DNA of 28,671 nt from positions 1-28,671 of the forward strand of contig CAZBDD010000001.1 in assembly GCA_964490475.1 (NCBI GenBank), written 5' to 3'. Positions within the stretch are counted from its first letter, which is position 1. The number at the start of each line of letters is the position of its first letter. Below, piece by piece: positions 7,896 to 16,875 of the stretch. Under the pieces are notes generated by a model. That model was not told the DNA's origin, ran no database searches, and was given only the letters and a program-made list of their open reading frames with translations. The translations under genes were made by a program, and so were the position numbers. The stretch is from an uncultured Desulfovibrionaceae bacterium (GTDB taxonomy: Bacteria > Desulfobacterota > Desulfovibrionia > Desulfovibrionales > Desulfovibrionaceae).

Positions 7896-10808
7896 CTATT
7901 TTTTTGCAAAGCTTATTTTTTCTAAAGTTACAAGTAAAACATTTTGTGCGTCATATATATGCACATCAGCCATCAAAGTTTTATCTGCTTCTTGAGAGTA
8001 TAAACGCCAACAACTGTACACAGGCCCATGCAAGTTTTTTGTTACGTCTGCCCTATGTCGTATGCGCGCGATGGACGCTATGCTATCTACATGAGCAATG
8101 CATATATTTTCATCAATATTCTTAAATGTTAATGCATTTTTTTGAGCAACATTTTGCACATAATGTACACATTGTGCCAAGGCGTGCCCTAGATTACTCG
8201 GGGGACTATGCCACAAGCCTTCTTCCTTGGCAAACTCTTTGCTTTGATGGCAAAAGTTTTTCCCTTCTTGTTCTTGCCATAAAGGGTGTAGAACCTCTTG
8301 TGTACCGCGCTCTTGCAAAAGCACCTGCGCCGTTGCCCATTTTTGGGCATGATTAGTTCTTCGTCCATTATTTGTGATAGTGCGTATATAGAGGGTACAT
8401 CTTGCGGAAGCAGCATCTTGTAGTGGCGACATTGCCTCGTCTGATATTGCCTCGTCTGGCCTTGCGCCCAGCACATAGCCATACATTTCGCGTGTTACGC
8501 CTTTTACGCAATTTTCTGTACAATACGGTATTTCTTGTAAAGATAATCCATCTAAACCACAAGGCTGTAACCAAGAAAAACCTCCCTGAACAGCACTGTA
8601 TAGAGAATATATTGCTTCATTGTTAGCTAGACTCTCTTTATCTTGTTGTTCTAAAGGCAGAGAAACGTGATATGGGGAAAAGTGGCGCTGTACGGGGTAT
8701 ATTATACATTCTGCTTGGGGTCTTTCCCAAAACTTCTCATTGAGTTGCGCTAAAGCTGACCATGCACAAAGAACTTGCTTTTCATCACGCATTTTTTTCA
8801 ATTGTGAACAAAATTCCGGCATATCTTCTAGAAATAAGCCTTCTGTGAATACTAGATTTTGAGGGCTAACAGGAGCCTCTTGCACTAAAGGCAGTGCCGC
8901 AATGCTATTTATGGCCCACAAAGGAAAAGTCATGTCTTCGGTTTCTTGTGCTAAGGAAGCTTCTTGCCTTCCCACCACAAGTAAAGATGTGGCACGGATT
9001 TGTTTTCCTTCAGATAAAAACTCTTTCCATGCTTGTCTTATATAAGCAGGGCTTAGCATAAAAAGCAGTCTTTCCAACGGTGATGCGTGCTTAGAGGGCA
9101 GTGTAGAAGTACTGATATCAGAAGCTTGTTCCTTTGGAAGTATAACAGAAGGAACATCTCCTTCTTTACGTTGGCGTAATTCTAGCACAACCTTGGCTAA
9201 GTCTTGTACCGTGGACACATGCATCACATCTTCAAATTGTACCTGTATGCCAAATTTTTGTTCAAAAGCGTATAACATGGCAGGAAAACGCACCGACCGT
9301 ACACCCAAATCATGTCGTAAATCCATATGGGCACGAATATCTTGGGCAACTATGCCAGTATTTTCTACTAAAATAGGAATAATATCTTGAATATAGGTGG
9401 GAAGTGCAACTTCTTCAGCGTCTTTTTTTACAGCAGATGCGATTTCATGCTCGACAGTATGCTTTAAATCACGTTCGTCAAGAGCCTTAGCTTTTTCAGT
9501 ATGCCCCTCATCTTTAGGAAAAGTTGCATCATTATATAGGCTAGACACGGCTATAATTTTTTTCAAGGGCAAATGCCCCAAAGCATATAATTGCGCCATG
9601 GCCGCACGCATGCCACCCACTTCATCATTTTTCTCTGCTACAGCTAGGCACACAGCCTGAGGCATAATTTCCTTGGTGAGGTTTGTCACCACATCGCCAG
9701 AACCTAATTCTACAAAATGTCGAACACCATAGGTATGCCACATAGTATGCACACAATCTACCCAGCGTACAGTGTTTTCATCTAAATCTACAATATACTG
9801 ACAAATACCTTCTTTATCTTTAGGGTAAATACTGGCCGTAACATTACTCATTACGGGGTTTTGTTGTTCCATTAAAGAAAATTTTCGTAATGAATCCAAA
9901 GAGGTTTCGCGCAGTGAACGCATGTGTGGATGATGAAAAGCCATATTAATGGGCAATATCATAGCTGGACGTTTTTGTTTACGGAAAGCCTTACGAGCTT
10001 CACTAAGATATTCTTTCTTACCACCCACAAGACATTGACTGGGAGAGTTATGATTGGAAATATGTAGCTCAGGAAAAAGTTGCAGCACATTTTGCACTGT
10101 TTCTAAAGGGGCATAAACAGCCATCATACCCATATCATAACTGGGGTCATTTTCCAGATTATCCATAAGTTTGGCCCGCGTTTCCATGGCTATCCAGCCT
10201 TCTTCTGGTGAAAATATACCTGCCAAGCATAAGGATATAAGCTCCCCAAGGCTATGACCAGAAAAAACATGCGGAGCAAAACCCAAAGTTTGTAAATGAT
10301 AGGCTTGAGCGTATTCTAAGAAAAAAAGATAGGGTAGTTGCCAACGAAAACGTTGAATTTTTTCCATATCCGTTTCATCCAGCAAAGACAAAACATCCCA
10401 TTCCGCTATAGCGTCTAAATGCTCCATAGCTTCACGAACAGCGGGAAAGGTGTCGTACAAGGCTCGTCCCATACCGGGACGTATAGCCCCAACGCCACTA
10501 CAGGTAATGGCTACTTTGGGCGCTTGTGGACATAATTCTATTTTTTGTTGTGGTGCAAGCCATAATCCTTGTTCTTTTGCCTCAAAAAAATCTTGTATGT
10601 CTGGCGTTACATTTGTGAGTTCTTTACGCCAATGCGGTGTTGTGGCTCCTACTCTAAAGTTTTGTCCTGCGTGGTTTACAAGAGCATAGTACACACCGTT
10701 ATGTGCATACTCCTGTGAAAGGTGTGTATATTCTTGGGGCAAGTCATATTCTTGACATGTTTTTTTCATATCTTGAGTATCTGGGCTTACAAAGTATTTT
10801 TTTTGCAT
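7896..10808 (-). CDS. PKS-like multidomain protein: acyltransferase + ACP + degenerate C-terminal region, no ketosynthase
   Basis: 970 aa; AT motifs GHSLGE, TRAKLM, AFHH, TVRW, FVELG; ACP-like MDLRHDLGVRS...FEQKFGI...STVQDLA; C-terminal ADVHIYDAQNVLLVTL resembles the end of PKS dehydratase domains. Confidence 0.8.
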   Translation of the reverse strand: MQKKYFVSPDTQDMKKTCQEYDLPQEYTHLSQEYAHNGVYYALVNHAGQNFRVGATTPHWRKELTNVTPDIQDFFEAKEQGLWLAPQQKIELCPQAPKVAITCSGVGAIRPGMGRALYDTFPAVREAMEHLDAIAEWDVLSLLDETDMEKIQRFRWQLPYLFFLEYAQAYHLQTLGFAPHVFSGHSLGELISLCLAGIFSPEEGWIAMETRAKLMDNLENDPSYDMGMMAVYAPLETVQNVLQLFPELHISNHNSPSQCLVGGKKEYLSEARKAFRKQKRPAMILPINMAFHHPHMRSLRETSLDSLRKFSLMEQQNPVMSNVTASIYPKDKEGICQYIVDLDENTVRWVDCVHTMWHTYGVRHFVELGSGDVVTNLTKEIMPQAVCLAVAEKNDEVGGMRAAMAQLYALGHLPLKKIIAVSSLYNDATFPKDEGHTEKAKALDERDLKHTVEHEIASAVKKDAEEVALPTYIQDIIPILVENTGIVAQDIRAHMDLRHDLGVRSVRFPAMLYAFEQKFGIQVQFEDVMHVSTVQDLAKVVLELRQRKEGDVPSVILPKEQASDISTSTLPSKHASPLERLLFMLSPAYIRQAWKEFLSEGKQIRATSLLVVGRQEASLAQETEDMTFPLWAINSIAALPLVQEAPVSPQNLVFTEGLFLEDMPEFCSQLKKMRDEKQVLCAWSALAQLNEKFWERPQAECIIYPVQRHFSPYHVSLPLEQQDKESLANNEAIYSLYSAVQGGFSWLQPCGLDGLSLQEIPYCTENCVKGVTREMYGYVLGARPDEAISDEAMSPLQDAASARCTLYIRTITNNGRRTNHAQKWATAQVLLQERGTQEVLHPLWQEQEGKNFCHQSKEFAKEEGLWHSPPSNLGHALAQCVHYVQNVAQKNALTFKNIDENICIAHVDSIASIARIRHRADVTKNLHGPVYSCWRLYSQEADKTLMADVHIYDAQNVLLVTLEKISFAKK

Positions 10809-11070
10809 ACATTTCCATCAATTTCAAAACTAAGCAACAACGCTCGACGACAAAGACTAAACTACTTTGCCTTGTCTGTCTAGAAAACCTATAGACTTCC
10901 ATATCATTTCATTAGCAGCCTCGTAAATGACATACATAATACCTTGCAAAGCAAAACTTTTTATAGTAAAGCATATCGTTCGTTACGGGGTTTTGCCAAG
11001 ACCGTTACGATAACTCAACATTTTCATAATATATTTTAATATATTGTCACTTTATTTTTCAGGAGACGGC

Positions 11071-12396
11071 ATGAATAAAGAGCAAGATTTGAACACCAGT
11101 ACGCAAGATTCGTCCCACGTAGACCAAGAAAAAACTTCGATGGAGCACGGTTCTATGGGGTTCAATAACAGCCGCAATAAGCTATCTTTTGAACGCCTTG
11201 TAGCTATTGGTAACCAAATTGGTTTAGAAAATCCTTTATTTGCTTGTCATGAAGGTTTAGCCAAAGCCACCACGAGTATTAAAGGGAAAGAGTATCTTAA
11301 TTTCTCCACGTATGACTACCTTGATTTGAACGGTCATCCAGAAATCACAGCTGCTGTTCTAGACGCCGCTCAAAAATATGGCACTTCCGCTGGCGCCAGT
11401 CGTCTTGTGGGTGGTGAGCGCCCACCGCATATATCCTTTGAAAAAGCCATTGCAGATTTTTATGAAGTGGAAGACAGCATTATTTATGTGAGTGGCCATG
11501 CTACCAACGTATCTACTCTTGGCTTTTTATTCGGCAAAGGCGATCTTATTTTACATGACAATTTAGCGCATAATTCCCTCATGCAAGGAGCTAAGTTAGC
11601 TGGATCAACCCGCGTTTCTTATGCCCATAATGATGCCGATGCCCTAGAAGTTATTCTCAAAGAAAAACGCCATGAATATCGTAAAGCCATCATTGTTACC
11701 GAAGGCTTATTCAGCATGGATGGAAATATTCCAGATTTACCACGCCTTATTGAATTGAAAAAACGTTATAATTGTATGTTACTTGTGGACGAAGCCCACT
11801 CTCTTGGTACCCTTGGTGCCACAGGGCGCGGTGCACGCGAGCACTTTGGTATTAACCCCCGTGATGTAGATATGTGGATGAGCACATTGAGTAAATCTCT
11901 CTGTGGGTGCGGTGGTTTTATTGCCGGCAGTAAAGAACTTATTGAAACGCTAAAATACGGTTCTTCTGGTTTTGTTTTTAGTGTAGGCATGTCTCCTGTA
12001 TTGGCAGCTGCCTGTCAAAAAGCCCTTGAGCTTATTCTTCGTGAGCCTGAGCGTGTGCAAAAATTACAGCACATCAGCAAATACTTTTTAGACTATGCAC
12101 AAAAATTAGGTTTAGACACTGGCGTAGCTCAAGGCTATGCCAACGTGCCAGTTATTGTAGGCAGTTCCATTACAGCAGGGCTTTTAGCTAGCAATATTTT
12201 TAAGCGAGGCGTCTATGCCATGCCCATTACCTTTCCTGCTGTTAAAGAAGGTACTGCGCGTCTACGTTTCTTCCTTTCAGCTGCTCATTCAGAAGAAGAT
12301 GTACGAAAGGCACTCGACATTACCGTCGAAGAAATGCCCAAAACCAAGATTATGGCAGAAAAAGCTCTCGCGCAACTAGAAGCATCTAAATCTTAA
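11071..12396 (+). CDS. PLP-dependent alpha-oxoamine synthase (BioF/SPT fold, RkpG/WcbT-like)
   Basis: Motifs NFSTYDYL, SGHATN, AHNSL, EGLFSMDG, DEAHSLG, STLSKS (Schiff-base Lys). Start moved to ATG 11071, which follows AGGAG at 11061. Confidence 0.85.
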   Translation: MNKEQDLNTSTQDSSHVDQEKTSMEHGSMGFNNSRNKLSFERLVAIGNQIGLENPLFACHEGLAKATTSIKGKEYLNFSTYDYLDLNGHPEITAAVLDAAQKYGTSAGASRLVGGERPPHISFEKAIADFYEVEDSIIYVSGHATNVSTLGFLFGKGDLILHDNLAHNSLMQGAKLAGSTRVSYAHNDADALEVILKEKRHEYRKAIIVTEGLFSMDGNIPDLPRLIELKKRYNCMLLVDEAHSLGTLGATGRGAREHFGINPRDVDMWMSTLSKSLCGCGGFIAGSKELIETLKYGSSGFVFSVGMSPVLAAACQKALELILREPERVQKLQHISKYFLDYAQKLGLDTGVAQGYANVPVIVGSSITAGLLASNIFKRGVYAMPITFPAVKEGTARLRFFLSAAHSEEDVRKALDITVEEMPKTKIMAEKALAQLEASKS

Positions 12397-12457
12397 CGGC
12401 TCTATGGAAGTAGGCGCTCATTTCTTTAAAGCGCAATCCAAGCTCTCTGAAAAAGTC

Positions 12458-12498
12458 AAAAAAATCTTCTTAAAAAAATTTAAGAAGATTTTTTTTTT
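12458..12498 (+). terminator. Intrinsic terminator
   Basis: AAAAAAATCTTCTTAAA-aaaa-TTTAAGAAGATTTTTTT with a long T run. Confidence 0.75.
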
Positions 12499-12576
12499 GA
12501 ATAAAAAATTCACTTCTCCATTAGATAATATCTAGATTTTTTTTAAGACACTTAAGAATATATTGTAATAGCATTT

Positions 12577-12592
12577 AGGCACATATATTGCT
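12577..12592 (+). promoter_or_regulatory. sigma54 (-24/-12) promoter upstream of the OMP gene
   Basis: AGGCAC-ATATA-TTGCT; GG (12578-79)-N10-GC (12590-91) spacing is exact. Confidence 0.65.
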
Positions 12593-12698
12593 ACATACTT
12601 TTACAAATTCATATTTTTCTTTACGCATAGAGGTACATAATGTATAAGGAAATTCTGGAACGCATTCTTTAATGCAAAAGGACATATTGGAGGACATT

Positions 12699-13325
12699 AT
12701 GTTAGCAAGAATAATTTTGAGCGCAATTCTCATTTCATCTATGGCAACAGCAGCATTGGCAGAAGGTCTTAACGGCGTTTACGGTGGTGTTAAAATATTT
12801 GACTCTTACCAAACCCAATGGGGTGGCGGTCAGCTTTCCGGCTCCGCTGAAAGTAATACTTTTGGCGCAGGGTTGCTCGTAGGTTTTGACTTTTACCAAC
12901 AATCCGAAACGCCCATTCGTACTGAACTGGAGTATTCTGTACGCACAGCTTTCTTTGGCGAAAACGAAATAAGCGCTCTTGGACACAACAGTGAAATAGA
13001 GTACAATGTACACACCGTCATGGCCTCTGCCTATTATGATTTCTACAATGAAAGCATTGTTACTCCTTATGTAGGCGGCGGTATTGGTATGGGCTTTGTT
13101 AATGGGCACTACCAAGTTAATTCCATTAGCCGTCAAATTGACAATACCGTTTTTGCATGGCAAGCAGGTGCCGGTGTAGGTATTGCTTTGTCTGACAATG
13201 TTACTGCAGATGTGGGCTATCGTTATCTAAACCTTGGAGAAGTAACCACTGAGTTTTACGGTGATGATATGAATATGGACACTAGCGCCCATGAATTTAG
13301 CATTGGTCTACGCTTCGGTTTCTAA
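12699..13325 (+). CDS. Outer-membrane beta-barrel protein (OmpA-TM/opacity-like)
   Basis: Signal peptide; TPYVGGGIG, FAWQAGAGV, DVGYRY motifs; C-terminal Phe. Start set at ATG 12699 after GGAGGA. Confidence 0.9.
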   Translation: MLARIILSAILISSMATAALAEGLNGVYGGVKIFDSYQTQWGGGQLSGSAESNTFGAGLLVGFDFYQQSETPIRTELEYSVRTAFFGENEISALGHNSEIEYNVHTVMASAYYDFYNESIVTPYVGGGIGMGFVNGHYQVNSISRQIDNTVFAWQAGAGVGIALSDNVTADVGYRYLNLGEVTTEFYGDDMNMDTSAHEFSIGLRFGF

Positions 13326-13367
13326 AACACCTTGCTAGCATTTTTTTACTAGCAATATCTCATACTC

Positions 13368-13404
13368 CCCCTACATCACGCTGTGTATGATGTAGGGGAT
13401 TTTT
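13368..13404 (+). terminator. Intrinsic terminator
   Basis: CCCCTACATCA / TGATGTAGGGG 11-bp stem followed by ATTTTT. Confidence 0.8.
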
Positions 13405-13636
13405 ACTTTTCACCTTTAGAGCCCTCTACACAATCATCTTTATATAAACGCTCATAAATATAAAATTTTCTTTTTTAAGAATTGTGCTGTGCAAAGCTTC
13501 GCCTCTTCTTAATTTCTAGTCGCATTGACTAACGTCAACGTTTCAACCATTGCAATATAAAGAGTTTCCACACAAAACATTATGTAGAAGTGTTACTATG
13601 ATATTTCTTGAAGAAGAGCGCAAAAAACTATACAAG

Positions 13637-14350
13637 ATGTCTATGCAATCATTTTCTTTTTCCGCCATAGAAGGCATTAAACGAGCCCTTCCCATTGTTC
13701 TTGGTTATGTGCCGGTGGCTTTTGCCTTTGGTGTTCTTGCTGTTAAAAACGATATTCCCCCAAGTCTTACCATTGCCATGTCCATTTTTATTTTTGCTGG
13801 TTCTGGTCAATTTGTAGCAGCTTCCCTTTGGGGCGCCGGAGTAGGTGCTGCTTCCGTTATTCTTACAGTCTTTGTAATCAACTTACGGCATTTACTCATG
13901 TCCGCCTCGTTAGCTACCTACACTCAAAGCGCTAAACGTTGGCAACGTTGCCTTTTAGGTTTACAATTAACAGATGAAACATTTGGTGTTCATTCCACAG
14001 CTTTTCAAAAAGGCTGGCGGCTTTCTTTAACAACGCTTTATACATGCAATAGTACAGCACAATTTTCTTGGGTATTAGGTACTATTATAGGTGTGTATTT
14101 TGGTACACTCATCGAAGATGTACGCCCACTGGGGCTTGACTATGCCCTCACCGCCATGTTCCTTGCTTTATTTATCCCTCAATGCCAAACACGTTTGCAT
14201 GTATTGGTAGGCGTTTTTTCCGGCCTTACTTCCATTGCTTTAAAACTCTCTGGTCTTGGGCAATGGAATGTCATTTTGGCCACTGTTATTGCAGCAACCT
14301 TGGGCCTTTTACTTTCTACTTTACGCACTAAAAATAAGAAGACCTCATGA
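13637..14350 (+). CDS. azlC: AzlC-family branched-chain amino acid exporter subunit
   Basis: PIVLGYVPVAFAFG, FAGSGQF, NLRHLLMS, LTDETF, GLDYALTAMF motifs. Start uncertain (13637 or 13643; frame open from 13550). Confidence 0.9.
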   Translation: MSMQSFSFSAIEGIKRALPIVLGYVPVAFAFGVLAVKNDIPPSLTIAMSIFIFAGSGQFVAASLWGAGVGAASVILTVFVINLRHLLMSASLATYTQSAKRWQRCLLGLQLTDETFGVHSTAFQKGWRLSLTTLYTCNSTAQFSWVLGTIIGVYFGTLIEDVRPLGLDYALTAMFLALFIPQCQTRLHVLVGVFSGLTSIALKLSGLGQWNVILATVIAATLGLLLSTLRTKNKKTS

Positions 14351-14691
14351 ATACCGAACTTATTCTTACCATTGTAGGCTGTGCTCTTGTTACAGCCATA
14401 CCACGCATTTTGCCACTTATGTATCTTTCTGTGGAAAGCCTGCCAAAACTTTCTTTAAAGTGGCTCTCTTACGTGCCTGTAGCCGTTATGGCAGCCTTGC
14501 TCTTTCCTGATGTATTGACCCGCACTGATAATGGCGGTAGTACGCAGCTTTTTCTAAGTTTTGACAATACCTATTTATTGGCTGCCATACCTTCTTTGCT
14601 TTTAGCATGGTATAGCAAATCTTTTTTTGGCACCATAGCTTGTGCCATGTGTATGGTGGCGTTGTTGCGTTATATGGGTTGGCTCTATTAG
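14347..14691 (+). CDS. azlD: AzlD-family exporter small subunit
   Basis: 114 aa; PRILP and WLSYVPVAVMAAL motifs; ATGA overlap with azlC. Confidence 0.9.
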   Translation: MNTELILTIVGCALVTAIPRILPLMYLSVESLPKLSLKWLSYVPVAVMAALLFPDVLTRTDNGGSTQLFLSFDNTYLLAAIPSLLLAWYSKSFFGTIACAMCMVALLRYMGWLY

Positions 14692-14773
14692 AGACTTGTG
14701 CATAATTACAGATACATGGATTGCTTCGTCGCTAGTTATTGGCTTTTTCTGGGGTAAGCCTAATGCCAAAAAG

Positions 14774-14796
14774 AAAGGACTGATTCAGTTCTTTTT
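14774..14796. terminator. Hairpin between convergent azlD and metallophosphoesterase genes
   Basis: AAAGGACT-gattc-AGTTCTTT with A-rich and T-rich flanks. Confidence 0.5.
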
Positions 14797-14812
14797 CATA
14801 GACTGATTGTGG

Positions 14813-15835
14813 CTAACGGAAATTTACTTCTACTATAGTAATCTCACTGCGAGTTCCGAACCTGTAAGGCATTTGCCATGGCCCAACAATTTTCCAAAAG
14901 CCAACGCCCACGCCCGAGGTAACAACAGTGTGAAGATTCTCTATCTTCTTGTATCCATAGGCATTGAGAAACTTTGTCTTTAAAAGAAGATTGTAAGGGA
15001 AAAACTGTCCTGCATGTGTATGGGCAGAAAGCTGAATGTCTGCCTTACTGCTCAGGCTTTCTGGTATACTTTGAGGGTTATGATCTAATATTATAATAGG
15101 GGTATCCATAGAAATGGTATTTTCAGCGTATAAATCTTTCAGGCTTTTTCTTTCGCCTTCTGTATAGTCTCTTCTAATGTCATCCCTTGCAACAAAATTT
15201 ATGGTATCGATTTTTAAAATTTCGTCTCTCAGAACTTTGATTTTTAGCTGCTCTAGGTATGTAATGTTTTCTTCAACATCATTGCCATAGTATTCATGAT
15301 TACCCAATATGGTGTACGTGCCATAGGTAGAGTGTAATTGTGAAAATATCTGTGCATAGTCATCTTTTACTTTTGTATGACTATTTTGCAAAATATCACC
15401 ACCAAAAATTATGATGTCAGGCTTTTGCTCGTTGATTTTTTCCACCATATCTATAAACAAATTTTTATTAGATGTGGTGGTAAGATGTAAATCTGCAATA
15501 AAGGCAATTTTTAGGCTGTCTATATTTGACTTTTTATGTAACGTAATTTGAGTGTGTGTCACATGAGGATTTCTATAATTGTAATAGCCAAGGCTGCCAA
15601 TGAAAATTAACGCGAGAGGAAGTGTAATACAAAGAGCTTTCTTGGAAATAGGGCAGAAAAAATAATGGATAATGCTTAAAATGGTGAGAATTATTACCAG
15701 ATAATGCACAAAAAATATGTAATTCCCTAAAAAAATGCCATACAATTCATTTTCAGTGACATAATTTTTTCTTAGCTTGGCTAAGGGGTAGATGCAAAGG
15801 AGCATAACAATGCTGGAAAGAAGTAGTTTTATCAT
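14813..15835 (-). CDS. Membrane-anchored calcineurin-like metallophosphoesterase (YkuE-like)
   Basis: 340 aa; N-terminal TM helices; motifs ADLH, GGD, LGNHEY, LDHNP, SAHTHAGQ. Confidence 0.9.
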   Translation of the reverse strand: MIKLLLSSIVMLLCIYPLAKLRKNYVTENELYGIFLGNYIFFVHYLVIILTILSIIHYFFCPISKKALCITLPLALIFIGSLGYYNYRNPHVTHTQITLHKKSNIDSLKIAFIADLHLTTTSNKNLFIDMVEKINEQKPDIIIFGGDILQNSHTKVKDDYAQIFSQLHSTYGTYTILGNHEYYGNDVEENITYLEQLKIKVLRDEILKIDTINFVARDDIRRDYTEGERKSLKDLYAENTISMDTPIIILDHNPQSIPESLSSKADIQLSAHTHAGQFFPYNLLLKTKFLNAYGYKKIENLHTVVTSGVGVGFWKIVGPWQMPYRFGTRSEITIVEVNFR

Positions 15836-15950
15836 AGAGTCTTTTGTGTCTTTTGTTCTGCATATACAATTTTCTTAGTTACGTTTTATTTTGCATTTAT
15901 GCTTAAAATTTATAATTGTGCAGAACCCTTGCTGTAGGTAAAGTGTTAAA

Positions 15951-16034
15951 CTGTAGGAAAAGCCTATTTTGTGTATTCTATGTACGAAGATAAAATATTT
16001 CAGAAAAATTCTGGTTTCGACTTTTCCAACAGCC
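15951..16034. repeat. Degenerate MITE relic, repeat family B
   Basis: CTGTAGGAAAAGCC (15951-15964) vs reverse complement of 16019-16032, CTGTTGGAAAAGTC (12/14); GTTAAA on both flanks (15945-15950, 16035-16040). Confidence 0.45.
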
Positions 16035-16051
16035 GTTAAATTTTTAATTTG

Positions 16052-16609
16052 TTACAAGGGTAAAACCTGCTTGCCATGTTTTTCATTGATAACCAGGGCT
16101 GCAGCTTCGTACAGTGCAAAGCTTCCGCAAACTATACCCACATAACCAGCAAAAACGTGTATAGCGTGGGAGCCAGTAAAGTTTGCAGCGGCAAGTAAGG
16201 CAAAAAGAATAGTCAAGCTTACAAAAACTAAGCGGCCAATAAGCTTACCTTTCCATGTGGCAATGGTTAAAAGCCCTGTGAAGATTCCCCACATGGTTAA
16301 ATACCAAGCTACGGCTATAGGGGTGGCTGCAGGTAAACCTGTATGGGGTGCAATCCATATAAAGACAAGTGTGAGCCAAAAAGCGCCGTAAGAGATAAAG
16401 GCCATGCTGCCAAAGGTATTGCCTCTGGCCCATTCCATACATCCGGCAATTATTTGGCTAAGTCCACCATAAAAAATGCCCATGGCCATAATCATAACAT
16501 TAAGTTCAAAAAAGCCAGCATTATGAATGTTTAATAAAATTGTGGTCATACCAAAGGCCGCAAGACCAATGGGAGCAGGATTTGCTTTGATAGGAGTTTC
16601 TGTTGACAT
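16052..16609 (-). CDS. satP: Acetate/succinate uptake transporter, SatP (GPR1/FUN34/YaaH) family
   Basis: 185 aa; ANPAPIGLAAFGMTTILLNIHNAG, FYGG, GNTFG, SYGAFW signatures. Confidence 0.92.
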   Translation of the reverse strand: MSTETPIKANPAPIGLAAFGMTTILLNIHNAGFFELNVMIMAMGIFYGGLSQIIAGCMEWARGNTFGSMAFISYGAFWLTLVFIWIAPHTGLPAATPIAVAWYLTMWGIFTGLLTIATWKGKLIGRLVFVSLTILFALLAAANFTGSHAIHVFAGYVGIVCGSFALYEAAALVINEKHGKQVLPL

Positions 16610-16875
16610 AACCTTCTCGTTGCATTTAAGCGCTTTTTAGTAGTTAGAAAATATTAAAACCATAACCATTGTATTGTTCCATGGGAAACTAGAAGATTTA
16701 TAATTATAAAGTCAACAAGAAATAATAGAAAAATTTGCTGTATTGCATATTCTTGGTGAAATATATCTGATAATTAAAATTAGAGTTGGTAAAAGTGTCT
16801 GTTAACAGACAATGTAGCCTACTTTAAATAAACCATTAGAGCGTCAACATACTCTAAAGAAAGGAAGGTCTAACT

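Larger units (their letters stand above)
14691..15930. mobile_element. Putative cargo cassette bounded by family-A inverted repeats
   Basis: Left AGACTTGTGCATAATT (14692-14707; 13/16 to 711-726). Right AATTGTGCAGAACCCTTG (15914-15931; 17/18 to 900-917). Encloses one AT-rich gene. Confidence 0.45.

Noticed and set aside
10981..11009. CGTTACG direct repeat 22 bp apart upstream of the oxoamine synthase
   Set aside because: Could be an operator, but two 7-mers are too little evidence.
11071..12396. Calling the PLP enzyme bioF
   Set aside because: No other biotin genes nearby; the N-terminal extension and SGHATN motif look more like RkpG/WcbT-type enzymes, so no symbol was given.
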